A DNA stretch of 63,256 nucleotides, counting the filler, from Octopus bimaculoides (lineage: Eukaryota): the NCBI RefSeq assembly GCF_001194135.2. It is 6 parts of 6 records of this genome, joined end to end, with 100 filler letters (N's around TTAATTAATTAA, not from the genome) between each part and the next. Parts side by side here need not be neighbours in the genome. Positions count along the whole stretch, not along the records: positions 18,294 to 33,104 come from NW_026349935.1; positions 33,205 to 45,852 come from NC_068987.1; 4 more parts are not named here. One strand, given 5' to 3'. Both the position numbers and the translations under genes were made by a program. A model generated the notes under the pieces. The model saw only the letters and a list, made by a program, of their open reading frames with translations, did no database searches and was not told the origin of the DNA. Below are positions 24,279-37,567 of the stretch, piece by piece; within the stretch, counting starts at the first letter, position 1; every line of letters begins with the position of its first letter.

Positions 24279-25138
24279 NNNNNNNNNNNNNNNNNNNNNN
24301 NNNNNNNNNNNNNNNNNNNNNNNNNNNNNNNNNNNNNNNNNNNNNNNNNNNNNNNNNNNNNNNNNNNNNNNNNNNNNNNNNNNNNNNNNNNNNNNNNNNN
24401 NNNNNNNNNNNNNNNNNNNNNNNNNNNNNNNNNNNNNNNNNNNNNNNNNNNNNNNNNNNNNNNNNNNNNNNNNNNNNNNNNNNNNNNNNNNNNNNNNNNN
24501 NNNNNNNNNNNNNNNNNNNNNNNNNNNNNNNNNNNNNNNNNNNNNNNNNNNNNNNNNNNNNNNNNNNNNNNNNNNNNNNNNNNNNNNNNNNNNNNNNNNN
24601 NNNNNNNNNNNNNNNNNNNNNNNNNNNNNNNNNNNNNNNNNNNNNNNNNNNNNNNNNNNNNNNNNNNNNNNNNNNNNNNNNNNNNNNNNNNNNNNNNNNN
24701 NNNNNNNNNNNNNNNNNNNNNNNNNNNNNNNNNNNNNNNNNNNNNNNNNNNNNNNNNNNNNNNNNNNNNNNNNNNNNNNNNNNNNNNNNNNNNNNNNNNN
24801 NNNNNNNNNNNNNNNNNNNNNNNNNNNNNNNNNNNNNNNNNNNNNNNNNNNNNNNNNNNNNNNNNNNNNNNNNNNNNNNNNNNNNNNNNNNNNNNNNNNN
24901 NNNNNNNNNNNNNNNNNNNNNNNNNNNNNNNNNNNNNNNNNNNNNNNNNNNNNNNNNNNNNNNNNNNNNNNNNNNNNNNNNNNNNNNNNNNNNNNNNNNN
25001 NNNNNNNNNNNNNNNNNNNNNNNNATATATATATATATATATATATATAAATACGTATACACGCACTTACCCACACAAACACATATATACATAAGTACGT
25101 ATATATATAGGTATGTATATGAATGTGTTTCTGTGTGT

Positions 25139-25199
<61 letters not shown>

Positions 25200-25859
25200 C
25201 GTATATATACACACACAAACACATTCATACACATACCTATATACATAAAGAAACACAAACGTATACGTTGACATACAGACATATATCCATTATCTTCATG
25301 TATTTATGGAACCATAAAACTCTCTCTCACTCTCTCGTCGTTTTCCCTCTCTAAACGCCTTCATATCCGTCTTTATCCTCCCTCCCTCCCTCCATTCCTT
25401 CCCCTCCTCCTCTTCACTCCTCCCTTTCTCCTTCTCTCGCACTTCTTCTGTGACCGCCCCCACCCCCATGCCGTTTCAAACGCACCACATTCAAACAGAT
25501 AATCGCCATCGCAGTATCGACCTTATCTGATCTAATCTATATCTTTGTTATCGATCGACGTTTTATTTCGGTATGAGCAAACACGAGACACAGCGCCACC
25601 CTACTCCCCGGCAACCCACTCGACCACGCCAGCGACACCGACGCGGGAAGATCTAAATAATTGCTCCACTTGCTAAAAATAGCAGCCTGATATTGCTCAT
25701 ACTTCATTCATTATAATCTTCAAAGAATCGGAAATTGTATATAATTCTGGATGAATAATGTGTGAATAACAGATGAAGTGGTCATGGTTAGAACGTCGTC
25801 TGTGTCTGGGATGGCTTAGGGTTAAACGTTAACAGCAACGACAACAATAACAAGGAAGG

Positions 25860-26174
25860 ACACATTAGATAATGTAGTCCTAGATGCACTAAGTCTGAAT
25901 AAATGACAGGATGGTCACAGCTGGATAACCTCTGTTCTTCGGTCTGCTGGGTAAAGACTGACCTGGGGCTAAACAACAATATGGTGAAACACATTAGATA
26001 ATGTAGTCCTAGATACACTGTCTGAATAAAAGATGGGATGGTCACAGCTGGATAGCCTCTGTTCTTAGGTCAGATAAAGACTGACTCGGGGCTAAACAAC
26101 AGGGAAAAACACATTAGATAATGTAGTCCTAGATACACTATGCCTGAATAAAAGACAGGGTGGTCACAGCTGGA
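25860..26174. repeat. Tandem repeat, 120-129-bp unit, about 2.5 copies
   Basis: ACACATTAGATAATGTAGTCCTAGAT starts at 25860, 25989 and 26109; units end GGGGCTAAACAAC. Confidence 0.9.
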
Positions 26175-26321
26175 ACACTTCTGGGCATAGGTCTACATGA
26201 AGACTTCACTCACATATACAGACATATACGTTCACATATTCATGCCTGTTCATATATATACATATACACGCACACGCACACATTTAGACAGCGAGACACA
26301 GGCACACACACACACACACAC

Positions 26322-26389
26322 ATGTTAAGAAATAGAATCTTTGACAATGATGTGTATACACCATTGTCAAAGATTCTATTTCTTAACAT
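26322..26389. repeat. 68-bp near-perfect palindrome
   Basis: ATGTTAAGAAATAGAATCTTTGACAATG-AT-GTGTATACAC-CATTGTCAAAGATTCTATTTCTTAACAT; self-complementary except for a 2-nt bulge. Confidence 0.95.
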
Positions 26390-26581
26390 TCTCTTATCAT
26401 CGTCTAAGACTGTATCACTGTATTTTGATGCATCTATGATAACTATTTTTAACAGCACAAAAGCTACACAAAGCCTTACATTTTACTTTTGAAACTCATT
26501 TAAAAAAAGAAGTTAAACCGGTCAAGTCAATAAACATCTTTAAAAGACCTCTGCATTTTCAAATCCTCTTCCCTATATACA

Positions 26582-28242
26582 CAGGGTATCCCCCCAAAAT
26601 GTATACACACTTGAAATAATTGTAAAGTAGGTGTTTATTAAAACACATTTCATTTTCAAAATTCGATAGAATCTACAGACATTATTTAATTGTCTGTTTT
26701 CAAACTGATGTCTGTTCTGGTCCAAGCACTGCTGACAACGCGAAGCATTGGAATCGCAAACAGCACGAAACAATTTGTTTGGTATTTGTGTGCATTCTCG
26801 TTCAATGGCAGCTCACGAATCAGCGACTGTTGCAGGTTTCATAGCATAAATTTTGTCTTTTAGGTATCCCCATAAAAAAAAAAAAGTCTAGTGGTGTGAG
26901 GTCTGGTGAATGTGGAAGGTATTCAACGAAACCCCTTAATCAAATCCACCTATTTGGCAAAATCTCACCAAGGAAGGATCTAACAGCGCATTAGTAGTGT
27001 GGGGGATGCTTCATCTTACAGAAAATAAAACTCCCCATTTTCAAAGTCTTCGTTAATGCTTGGTATGACAGACTGTTGCAGTAAGTTCAAGTAAACGGGA
27101 CCAGTCTCAGTAGCCCCAAAAAAGAATGGTCCAATTAATCCTCTTGATGATAAGCCACACCACACTGTAACTCCTGGTAAATTAACATGGTGTTCAACCA
27201 TAGCATGCAGATTCTCAGGTCCACAGTAGGTGCAATTGTAGCGGTTAATCGAACCGTTTAATTTGAATGTGACCTCATCATTCCACATAATCTTTGTTGG
27301 AAAGTGTGCATCTTCTACACACCATGCCAAGTACCACTCACAATACTGTACTCATCGGTCTGGATCATTGCCACTAATAGCATGGACTAATCTTAGAACG
27401 TAACTTGTCCATTGACAACGCTTCAAAATGCGTTGGAGAGACGATTTTGAAATACCTACCTCATGGGAGGCGCAATGGCCCAGTGGTTAGGGCAGCGGAC
27501 TCGTGGTCATAGGATCGCGGTTTCGATTCCCAGACCGGGCGTTGTGAGTGTTTATTGAGCGAAAACACCTAAAAAGCTCCACGAGGCTCCGGCAGGGGAT
27601 GGTGGCGAACCCTGCTGTACTCTTTCACCACAACTTTCTCTCACTCTTACTTCCTGTTTCTGTTGTGCCTGTAATTCAAAGGGGTCAGCCTTGTCACACT
27701 CTGTGTCACGCTGAATATCCCCCGAGAACTACGGTAAGGGTACACGTGTCTGTGGAGTGCTCAGCCACTTGCACGTTAATTTCACGAGCAGGCTGTTCCG
27801 TTGATCGGATCAACTGGAACCCTCGACGTCGTAAGCGACGGAGTGCCAACAACAAACCTACCTCATGACTCGCTTGCTGCACAGATTTTCTTGGATTTTG
27901 TTAATACGTTTCCAGTACTCCTTACTTTGTGAGGGTTGTCGATGTTCGTGGTCTTCCAGAACTCTTCTCGTGGATATTCTTAACAGTTCCGTCGGCTTCA
28001 AACTTATCTCAAATTCGAGTGATGGTAAGTCGCATCGGTGGATCTGTTTGAAACTCCCTCCTAAACTGTCTTTGCACTTCACCTGTGTTTTCACTCTTCC
28101 AGTAGCCTTTTAGAACGAATTTCCTTTGTTCAAAGCTTTGCCTGACTGCCATCATTAATTCCAAAGGGTTTCATTTAGAAAGAAAAACATCAACTAAGTT
28201 GTCAACAGTTAAAGTGTGTATACATTCTTTTTGGACACTCTG
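26582..28242 (-). mobile_element. Tc1/mariner transposon (DD37D/maT-like), full length but pseudogenised, SINE-interrupted
   Basis: Imperfect 31-bp TIRs (CAGGGTATCCCCCCAAAATGTATACACACTT / CAGAGTGTCCAAAAAGAATGTATACACACTT); TA at 28243-28244. Minus-strand relics [52 protein letters not shown] and RCQQCLDQ..HQFE carry stops and frameshifts. About 1.26 kb without the SINE. Confidence 0.88.
27466..27855 (+). mobile_element. SINE family A, full length, with 12-bp TSD
   Basis: tRNA-like head, (CAA)n tail; ACCTACCTCATG at 27454-27465 and 27856-27867. Confidence 0.93.
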
Positions 28243-28274
28243 TATGTATGTATGTATGTATGTATGTATGTATG

Positions 28275-28323
<49 letters not shown>

Positions 28324-29693
28324 NNNNNNNNNNNNNNNNNNNNNNNNNNNNNNNNNNNNNNNNNNNNNNNNNNNNNNNNNNNNNNNNNNNNNNNNNNNNN
28401 NNNNNNNNNNNNNNNNNNNNNNNNNNNNNNNNNNNNNNNNNNNNNNNNNNNNNNNNNNNNNNNNNNNNNNNNNNNNNNNNNNNNNNNNNNNNNNNNNNNN
28501 NNNNNNNNNNNNNNNNNNNNNNNNNNNNNNNNNNNNNNNNNNNNNNNNNNNNNNNNNNNNNNNNNNNNNNNNNNNNNNNNNNNNNNNNNNNNNNNNNNNN
28601 NNNNNNNNNNNNNNNNNNNNNNNNNNNNNNNNNNNNNNNNNNNNNNNNNNNNNNNNNNNNNNNNNNNNNNNNNNNNNNNNNNNNNNNNNNNNNNNNNNNN
28701 NNNNNNNNNNNNNNNNNNNNNNNNNNNNNNNNNNNNNNNNNNNNNNNNNNNNNNNNNNNNNNNNNNNNNNNNNNNNNNNNNNNNNNNNNNNNNNNNNNNN
28801 NNNNNNNNNNNNNNNNNCAAACACTGAGATTTGAAGTTAGATGTTACTACTGCTCATATCATCTGTGGATAAATTCAAAATTTGATGATATCACCAGTAG
28901 TAGCATTGGTGGAACGCAGTTATGATAGCTTTAAGGAGCTATGAAATATCGTAATGATGCTTAATGAGCATCTACCTGCTAGAAATAAGAGCCAAGTCTT
29001 AAATAATCCACCGTAGCGCACCAATATAACAGAGAAAAACGGTATGCGAGGAAAACAGAAAGAATTAAAACATTTAACAGCACAAATAAAAATATTATGC
29101 AATTACGGATATCCACAAACCAGGTTTCTGCTTTTGGTTATTCAATATATATATATATGTATGTATGTATGTATGTGTGTGTGTGTTCATTACCGAATTT
29201 CAAACATTTTGTCTATAACGGCACATATTGGGTATCAAGCTACCAAGTTAGTGCAAAAGATTTGCTATCATTTAAACCATTTCTTTAAAAACCGTTAAAC
29301 ATTGAAAACTGGAAGCCATATTAACGAGTTTTCGTCGTTCGTTAAATTTTTGATTTCTTTTTTAACCTTGAACATATTTCAAAAACTGAAGAATATGCTG
29401 CCATTCAGTCGTACAAAACGGCGTGTTTTGTGACAGAATAACAGAAATTAAGACTTATTTTAAGAAAGGGGAAGCAGAGGAAAAAAATTGAAAACTAACT
29501 TAAAAACGAAGAAAATAGTAAAAAAATATTTGCATAGGAAACAATAGAAAAAACATACAAACGACACATACACACTTCTCTCTCTCTCTCTCTCTCTCTC
29601 CCTGTATGTGTATATGCATATATGTATGTATGTATGTATACACATACATGCATACACACACACATATACACATATGTACATGCACACTCACAC

Positions 29694-29736
<43 letters not shown>

Positions 29737-29797
29737 NNNNNNNNNNATATATATATATATATATATATGTATATCAGTATATACATGTATGTATATC

Positions 29798-29846
<49 letters not shown>

Positions 29847-30369
29847 ACACATATATGCATGTGTATATAATTATATGTATGCTTACGTATATTTACATAG
29901 GTACCTTTGTGTGTTTGCGTATGTATATATGTATATAAATGTATTTATGAATATATATGCATATGTATCTATGTGCATATATGTGTGTGTGTGTGTGTTC
30001 GTGTGTAAGCATGTATGAGTGCGTGTGTATGTTTGTGAGTGTGTGTGTGTGTGTGTGTGTTGTGTTTGTGTGTACATACTCATAAATTTATATATTTTAT
30101 AAATTTATTATATAGTCTTTCTAGCCTTCTTCCCCCTGTACTCACAACCCTCCCACCGGAAATTAAAAAGTTTCAAAAATAGTTTCCATAATTTTTTCAT
30201 TGATTAATTTGTTTATTTGATTTTTAGATTTTGTTTGTTAAACAACAATAGTCATATGCTGGTGAAGTGGCGGTGGGCCCAGGAGGAATAATAACGTGGA
30301 ATGCTATGATGCATAAGGTTTAGTTTTTGCATAATTAAAATATTTCGTGTAATGAAATTTTGTAGTACC

Positions 30370-30960
30370 AGCAGCAACAGCAGCAGTAGTAGTGGTGGTA
30401 GTAGTGGTAGTGGTGGTGGTGATGGAGGTGGTAGTAGTATTGGTGGTGATAGTAGTAGTAGTGGTGACTACAATAGTAGTAATAATAATAGTAATAGTAG
30501 TTGAAGTAGAAGCCGTAGTGGTGGTAGTGCTAGTGGTGGTGGTGGTGAGGGGGGTTAGTAGTAGAGGTGGTAGTAGTAGTGGTGGTAGTAGTAGTGGTGG
30601 TAGTAGTAGCAGTCGTAGTCGTAATAGTAGTAGTAGAGGTTGTAGTTGTTGCAGTAGCTGCAGTAGTTCTAGTGATTTTAGTAGTAGTAGTAGTAGCAGC
30701 AGCAGCAGCACCAACAACGATAGAAGCAGTACCAGTAATAGAGTAGTTGTCGTAGTAGCAGCAGCAGTATTAGTGCTACTATTTGTCGTAGTAATTGTAG
30801 TTGTGGTAGTAGTGTTAGTACCAACAGAAAAGCAACACCAGCTGTAATTCAATTAGTAGTAGTTACCGCTTGTTTGTCAGGAGGAGTAGTCGCAGCTGTC
30901 GTTTGTAATAGTAGTTGTAATAAGAGTTGTAGACCGAGGAGGAGGAAGAAACAAGAGCAG
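30370..30960. repeat. Degenerate (AGT/GGT/AGC)n trinucleotide tract
   Basis: Direct reading; explains the poly-T/L/S/V ORFs. Confidence 0.9.
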
Positions 30961-30989
30961 AAGGTGCACTAGCAGCTTGTCTCTTTTTC

Positions 30990-31385
30990 TGAAGGAGGAC
31001 TTTTTGCGAAACGTTACCGGCATTTCTTCCGTCTTTACATCGTGAGTTCTAATTCCGTCGGTGTCGAGTTTGCCTTTCATCCTTTTTAGGTCGACAGAAT
31101 AATTACCAGTTGAGTATTGGGTCGATTTAATCAACTTTACCACCTGCTCTGAAAATTTTCTCTCCTTGTGCCTAGAGCAAAAATATTAATTATTATCAAG
31201 GCGGTGAGCCGGCAAAATCGTCACGGCGTTCCATAAAATGCTTAGCTCGAATGCTGTCGAAATCGACTTTGCCTTTCATTCTTTCGGAGTTGATAAAATA
31301 AGAACCACTTGAGCGGTATAGATGAATGCAATCGATTTCCCTATTTCCTCAAAATTGCTAGCCTTGTGCCCAAATTAGAAGGGAT
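30990..31385 (+). mobile_element. Two SINE family C copies, partly deleted
   Basis: gagttctaattccg / tttgcctttcatcc / ccttgtgcc blocks occur twice. Confidence 0.65.
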
Positions 31386-31445
31386 TATTTGCCTCCATTC
31401 GAGTATGTACAGTGTTTTCGGGGTAAATTTAAGAGTATTTTTTTT

Positions 31446-31845
31446 TTTACTTGTTTCAGTCATTTGACTGTGGCCATGCTGGAGCACCGCCTTTAGTCGA
31501 GCAAATCGACTCCAGGACTTATTCTTTGTAAGCCTAGTACTTATTCTATCGGCCTCTTTTGCCGAACCGCTAAGTTATGGGGACATAAACACACCAGTAT
31601 CGGTTGTCAAGCGATGTTGGGGGGACAAACACAGACACAAACATATACATACATACATACATACATACATATATTCATACATATATACGACGGGCTTCCT
31701 TCAGTTTCCGTCTACCAAATCCACTCACAAGGCTTTGGTGGGCTCGAGGCTATAGTAGAAGACACTTGCCCAAGGTGCCACGCAGTGGGACTGAACCCGG
31801 AACCATGTGGCTGGTAAGCAAGCTACTTACCACACAGCCACTCCT
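31446..31845 (-). mobile_element. SINE family B, full length
   Basis: Minus strand AGGAGTGGCTGTGTGGTAAGTAGC...GGTTCCGGGTTCAGTCCCACTGCGTGGCACCTTGGGCAAG; CpGs intact. Confidence 0.9.
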
Positions 31846-31934
31846 ACGCCTATATGTATATAAGTAAAACAAAACACTACCCCATCTAAAAATGAAAGTA
31901 TTTAAAAAATCAAAAAACAGCAACCAGATTATGG

Positions 31935-32075
31935 TTGGGAGCTAATAGTAGCCGCTCTCAACATCCATCCACGACAGAAGCTTGACCGCAGTGTCCAGAA
32001 GCTTCACATAGCCGTTTGAATTGAGCCTATAGCCCTATTCCAAGATGTGGGGTTAAATTCCGATGTGCGGACGCA
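31935..32075 (-). mobile_element. Mariner-like transposase fragment
   Basis: Minus strand PHILE*GYRLNSNGYVKLLDTAVK resembles the segment before the second catalytic Asp. Confidence 0.45.
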
Positions 32076-33024
32076 ATCAGATCGCTTGCCGTGCCTTTTC
32101 CTGCTGGCCAGTGAATAAGAATAGCATCTTACCTCTGCAAAGGTTGTAGAAGGAATGTCAGTTAATCTGATATCATGATTTCGAATTTAGCGCCAAATAC
32201 ACTTGATTCTCTTCAGCCAGATCCACAAGAGAAAACTACAAAGGTTCACTACTATCATGACTGTAATTCGCTTGAGTGCCCGAGCACCATTGAAACAAAC
32301 GAACCATGTGAAGTTATTTATAATTATAAAAGAACATAAAATAATAACATTAATGGCCGCGAGCGTAAAAGCCTTATATATAATTATATATAAGATATAT
32401 AAATATACTTATATGTAATAAGGATAAAGTCATTGTTTAATGAACTTATCTGCGGCCTGCATACTAAAATACCATAATGGTTAATCTATATTAGAGGTAG
32501 TTCAGTGAAATTTTTATGTGGTTCATAGACCATTTGAGTCTATTTCTAGCAGACTGGCTTTGAAATTATTCAATGCCCTTATTGAAACTTTAAATATATT
32601 CATATATACTAGGGTAGTAAATAAGCACTCGCTTCGTTAAAAATACTCCTAAGCCGCAAAAGAATCATTAATGCCTGTTGATTCTTCACTACTCGTACTA
32701 TGAGTGAAAGCTAGCAGTAAAAATCTTGTTTTCTTTTAGATTTCTTTCTCTTGACCATTTTATATTAAGAAATGAAAGGATGCGAAATAAAAGTAAATAT
32801 GATTACAATGAATCTAGTGAAAATTATCAATAATCAATTACATATTACACGAAAATTATTTATCGTGGAAAAATACTAAGGCATGCATTGCATGCATAGA
32901 CCCTTCGCACCTGAATATATCTATGTATGTGTGGGTGTGTGTGTGTGTAAGTATGTATATGTGTACACGCAATCATGTGAGTGTGTATGTGTGTGTATCT
33001 ATCTATATATCTATCTCTCTCCAT

Positions 33025-33104
<80 letters not shown>

Positions 33105-33204
33105 NNNNNNNNNNNNNNNNNNNNNNNNNNNNNNNNNNNNNNNNNNNNTTAATTAATTAANNNNNNNNNNNNNNNNNNNNNNNNNNNNNNNNNNNNNNNN
33201 NNNN
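33105..33204. other. Artificial scaffold spacer
   Basis: N44-TTAATTAATTAA-N44. Confidence 0.95.
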
Positions 33205-33926
33205 ATATATATATACACATACATATATACATATATACCTATATATATATATATGTATATATGTATGTATGTCTGTATGTATGTAGATGCACACACGCGC
33301 GCGTACACAGTAACACAATGAAAAGTATATTGAGTGCAAGAAACCAAGTAAAGAAATATGTTAAAGTTTACTATTTTACAAATACTTCAGCTTTCTTGAT
33401 GAAGATATATTCGTTATATGCTGTATCTACCCACGAATATTTCCTTTGCTAACAGCAATACTTGTGACGTCAGAATAACGTATTTCCTGCCATCTATGAT
33501 TCATTTGGTGTTAGCATCGGCAGTTACGTCGAGAGCCTGATGTATGCGATCTTGTATGATACATCGAAGGTAGATCAACACCAAAATTCAAAACTCTGCG
33601 TATAGGATTGCACAAAGATGTTGGGCATGGAGTATAACATACAAACTCTCTTACAGTAGACGTATGTAATATTCAATTAGCACACTTAGCTAGATCGACT
33701 TCAGCAATACAACTACTACTGACATAGTTAACTTCCAAGACATTAGACATAACGACCAGAACGTATGACATCCAAAAATGTCTGTTTCCTGATATGCGTC
33801 GGTTTGATTAAAGCTCATTTAACCTTTTGCCTGTCAAATGCATTTTCATACGTTTATCTTAAACATTCATGCTTGTTTTCAGACATTTACTTGGCCCTTG
33901 TTTCATACGTTCTAAATAATATAACT

Positions 33927-34236
33927 GGCTTCCCGTCGCTTACGACGTGATGCGATCAAAGGAAAAGCCATCTCGTGAAATTAACGTGCGAGTGGCTGAG
34001 TAATGCACAGACACGCGTATCCTAAATGTAATTCTCAGGGAGATTCAGCATGATATAGAATGTGATAAGGCTGGCCCCTTTAAAAAACATGTGCTATTCA
34101 TTTTTGCCAGTAGAGTGGACTGAAACAACGTGAAATAAAGCGTGTTGTTTATGGACACAACGCGCCGCCTGTAATCGTACTCGCGACCTTATGATCGTGA
34201 GTCGAATACGCAATGCAATAAGCCATGCGCCTTCAC
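33927..34236 (-). mobile_element. SINE family A-related copy, diverged
   Basis: ccgtcgcttacgacg, tcgtgaaattaacgtg and ccatgcgccttcac motifs. Confidence 0.7.
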
Positions 34237-35704
34237 TCTGAATAATATAAGGTTATTATTTCTCAAGTCCTAGATTTCTCTGGTAATCAAAAAAATAATA
34301 ATAAATGCGAATGTGTATCGTATATGATATATGAACGCCAGTGAAATATGTCCTACACGTCACGTGTGATACACAAGACAGACGACGGGTTAAAACTAAA
34401 CAGCAAATACAATATATTTTATGGTTCCCATATTAGCCAGCAGACAATATATTTTCGCTTCGTAAATAATTGTTTCCGTTAATTTTTTTCCTATAAAGTG
34501 GGCGGCTTTTTTTTTTTCTGGATATTGTTTTAGCTGGCTCTGTGATGATCATTCGCCATTTGCTCTGTCGATTATTTTTCACAAAGCTGCGCTGCTGTTG
34601 TTTAGTTTTATGCAAACTCTAATGAGCAGATACTCAGGAAAAATATTCAAAATGCAACCAAAACAAATTGCTACCATAACAAATCTATAACAACACGACA
34701 GCGAAATAGAGACTGATTGATTTGCCGGATATAAACAAATAAAATTAATCCGAAGATTACAGAATTTCGTTTCGCAGAACCGATCCCCAACGATGTTTAC
34801 GTTAGCATTAAAAAATATTTTCTGATGTGTTAGCTAACGAATTTCCTCTAGCAATAAATGTAAAATAATGTCACATTAGTCAACCTTAACAATAACATGT
34901 GTACATGTGTGTGTATATGAGAGAGGGAGAGAGAATGAGACAGGCAGAGAAAGAAAGAAAGAAAAATAATATATCGTCATGTGAAAGTTCATATTCAGAA
35001 GGTCTGGATAGTTATCAGAGGGTCTGGATAATCCAAGCGCTCCGTGTTAGAAATGGCATCACCATTACTCCCAAGCATGGCATCATGGAATATTAACAAA
35101 ACATCTATCGAGAAACTCGTGCAGAGTCCCATCGACACATCCCTTCATGAAATATGAAGTTAATGATTGATACTGTCTGTAGACCAGGCAAAGGGTGTCA
35201 ATGAGTGTTAAAACCAAGTAGAAAAATTAAATATGTAATTATACAAGAAATTCAAGGTGGTCTTCTAGTAAAATATGTGCTACTTAAAGACCTTAACTCA
35301 CAAGTACTAAATGCTTCCCTGTATTTATGTAATAGTGCTCACCAAAATATACACATACATACACACACACACACATATGTGTATATATAATATGTATGTA
35401 TATCATTATTCAGTTTTATTTAAAAATTTCCTGCCAATAGAGAAAGATTCATTTTCTAATTTAGATCCAAGGCTCCTTCATTGGAATTTCAACATCAACA
35501 ACAGGGTACTTTTGTATGTATGTATGTATGTATGTATGTATGTATGTATGTATGTAGGTATGTGTACGTGTAGATTTGTATGTTTTGTTTTATGCATGAC
35601 TTTTCATGAATATAACGTAAATAACATAGATTCGTTTCGGCCATTATCGGTCCAGGCCATGACTAACTCAATAGCACCAACTGGAAAAGCCTCTTAATTA
35701 ATTA

Positions 35705-36480
35705 TTTCGGTACACCATGGACCACTGAAACAGATAGTTGTTGTTGGCTGAGACGTATCCTGGTATAGGTGGCTTATCCAGTATTTCCTGGAGGAATTTG
35801 TCCAAGTACTGTTTGAAGATTGTGGGGTCGTTTTCTACTTTAATTTCTTTCGGGATAACATTGAAAAAAGCAGGACCATTTGCAGTGAAGAAACTGTGTC
35901 TCGATGTTCTTATGTGAAGTGATCTCGACCTTTATAGTGGACGTAGTGCACGGGGGGGCTAGACTTGAGTGAATTGTAAACATAATACCGATATCATTTC
36001 GATAATATTGGTGGAGGTGCAAATAATGTATCACTCACGGCGGCGTTGCAGAGAATAGAGTTTCAGCAGTTTAAGTCGAGTCCAATAATCGAGTCCCGTC
36101 ATGCCATTTATTATTTTAGTAATTGATCTTTGCGGCGCTTCGATCCTCATTATGTCTTGTTTTCTGTAGGGGGACCACAAAGGGCGGCAGTATTCGAAGT
36201 TGGACCCAGCGAATGTGGAGAAGAGAAGGATGTAGGCTAATACGGTAATGGACGAATATGTTTTCGAAGGTATCCTGCAATCAGTAAATGGCCCAGCTTA
36301 GTTGGGTGTTTAGATCATTCTTGAGGTAATGTTTTTTCGATAGTTAAGTGCATTTCCATATACTTCGAAAATGTGTGAAACGCCCAGCTGAGCTAAGCCT
36401 AAGATTGCAGGAAGATTTTCAAAAAATATCCCCCGAAGTGATAACACTTTCTGATAATCTCTTATTTAGTATTTCGACAC
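35705..36480 (-). mobile_element. CR1/L2-like LINE 3' portion (degenerate)
   Basis: Minus strand: FEYCRPLWSPYRKQDIMRIEAPQR, DYWTRLKLLKLYSLQRRRE, FNVIPKEIK...FKQYLDKFLQEILDKP. Confidence 0.8.
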
Positions 36481-36814
36481 TCCACAAAGGTAGGGATTCG
36501 TGAATATTAGAAAAGAACATCATATATACATACGTATCAAACAATGAGGTAGAGGTTTTGTAATAAAGTATACATTATCAGCGTGGTTAGGTAGCATCGG
36601 TTTATTACAAGTCTCCAGTGCGATTGAACTATACCAGCAGCACTGTCATACTTTTGTATACTTTTCATTCATCTATGCCATTACATAATGATTTTCTGAC
36701 AAATCCAAATCGCCAATCGATTTAGTTTTTTATATTTGGATATTTGTTCGCTTTTTGTTTCATAAAATGTGTGTGTGTATGCGCGTGTGCGTGTGTGCGT
36801 GTGTGTGTGTGTGC

Positions 36815-36846
<32 letters not shown>

Positions 36847-36917
36847 CTTTATTTCCATGTTTGCTCTCCAACTGAATTTCGGGCAAATGTTAATGGTGAG
36901 AAATACCGTTTGCTTTA

Positions 36918-36961
<44 letters not shown>

Positions 36962-37491
36962 AGACAGACAGACAGACAGACAGACAGATAGATAGATAGA
37001 TAAATAGATAGATAGATAGATAGATAGATATGATATAGATATCATATATATTATAAATATATTATATAAACATACATATTACATACGTGTATTTTCTATT
37101 GACTATATGCATATGTATTAATATATACATATTCTGTATGTATGTATGTATGTATGTATGTATATATGCATGTACGTATGTATTCTAGTAAGTCAGTTGG
37201 CAAAGTTCTTAGTACGTTGAATCGATTACATTGCAGTAATCGTTCCGGATCTCTGCCCTCTGTCATCTTTGCCCTTCTTTGATTCGAAGTCGATAAATGA
37301 AGTACCATTTCCATACTTTTATCCTTATCTCACTCACCCTGTCTGTCTGTCGACCTCCCTTTGTTGAAAAATCGGTGTGTTGAGAACTGGCTCGTGATGG
37401 ACTTCATGCCGTCTAAAGCCGCTTATAATACGGTACATGTCACGAATGCGCTCCAACAAATCTATCAAAAATTTCTGTGGGAACGCCGAGG

Positions 37492-37524
<33 letters not shown>

Positions 37525-37534
37525 NNNNNNNNNN

Positions 37535-37567
<33 letters not shown>

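Noticed and set aside
23830-25354. Long ORFs of 270-480 aa (also at 28171-28925, 47872-48440, 54191-55100 and 58641-60085)
   Set aside because: They consist of N gaps plus dinucleotide repeats.
30304-30852. Mucin-like poly-Thr or poly-Ser ORFs
   Set aside because: Degenerate trinucleotide microsatellite with no unique coding flanks or clear splice sites.
32130-32200. Minus-strand exon ending GAG|GTAAG (HDIRLTDIPSTTFAE, LRR-like)
   Set aside because: An in-frame stop lies just upstream and there is no good acceptor.
37096-37314. Minus-strand ORF MEMVLHLSTSNQRR...
   Set aside because: It overlaps what looks like a decayed family C SINE (ggtactt..ttatcgac...ggcaaag).
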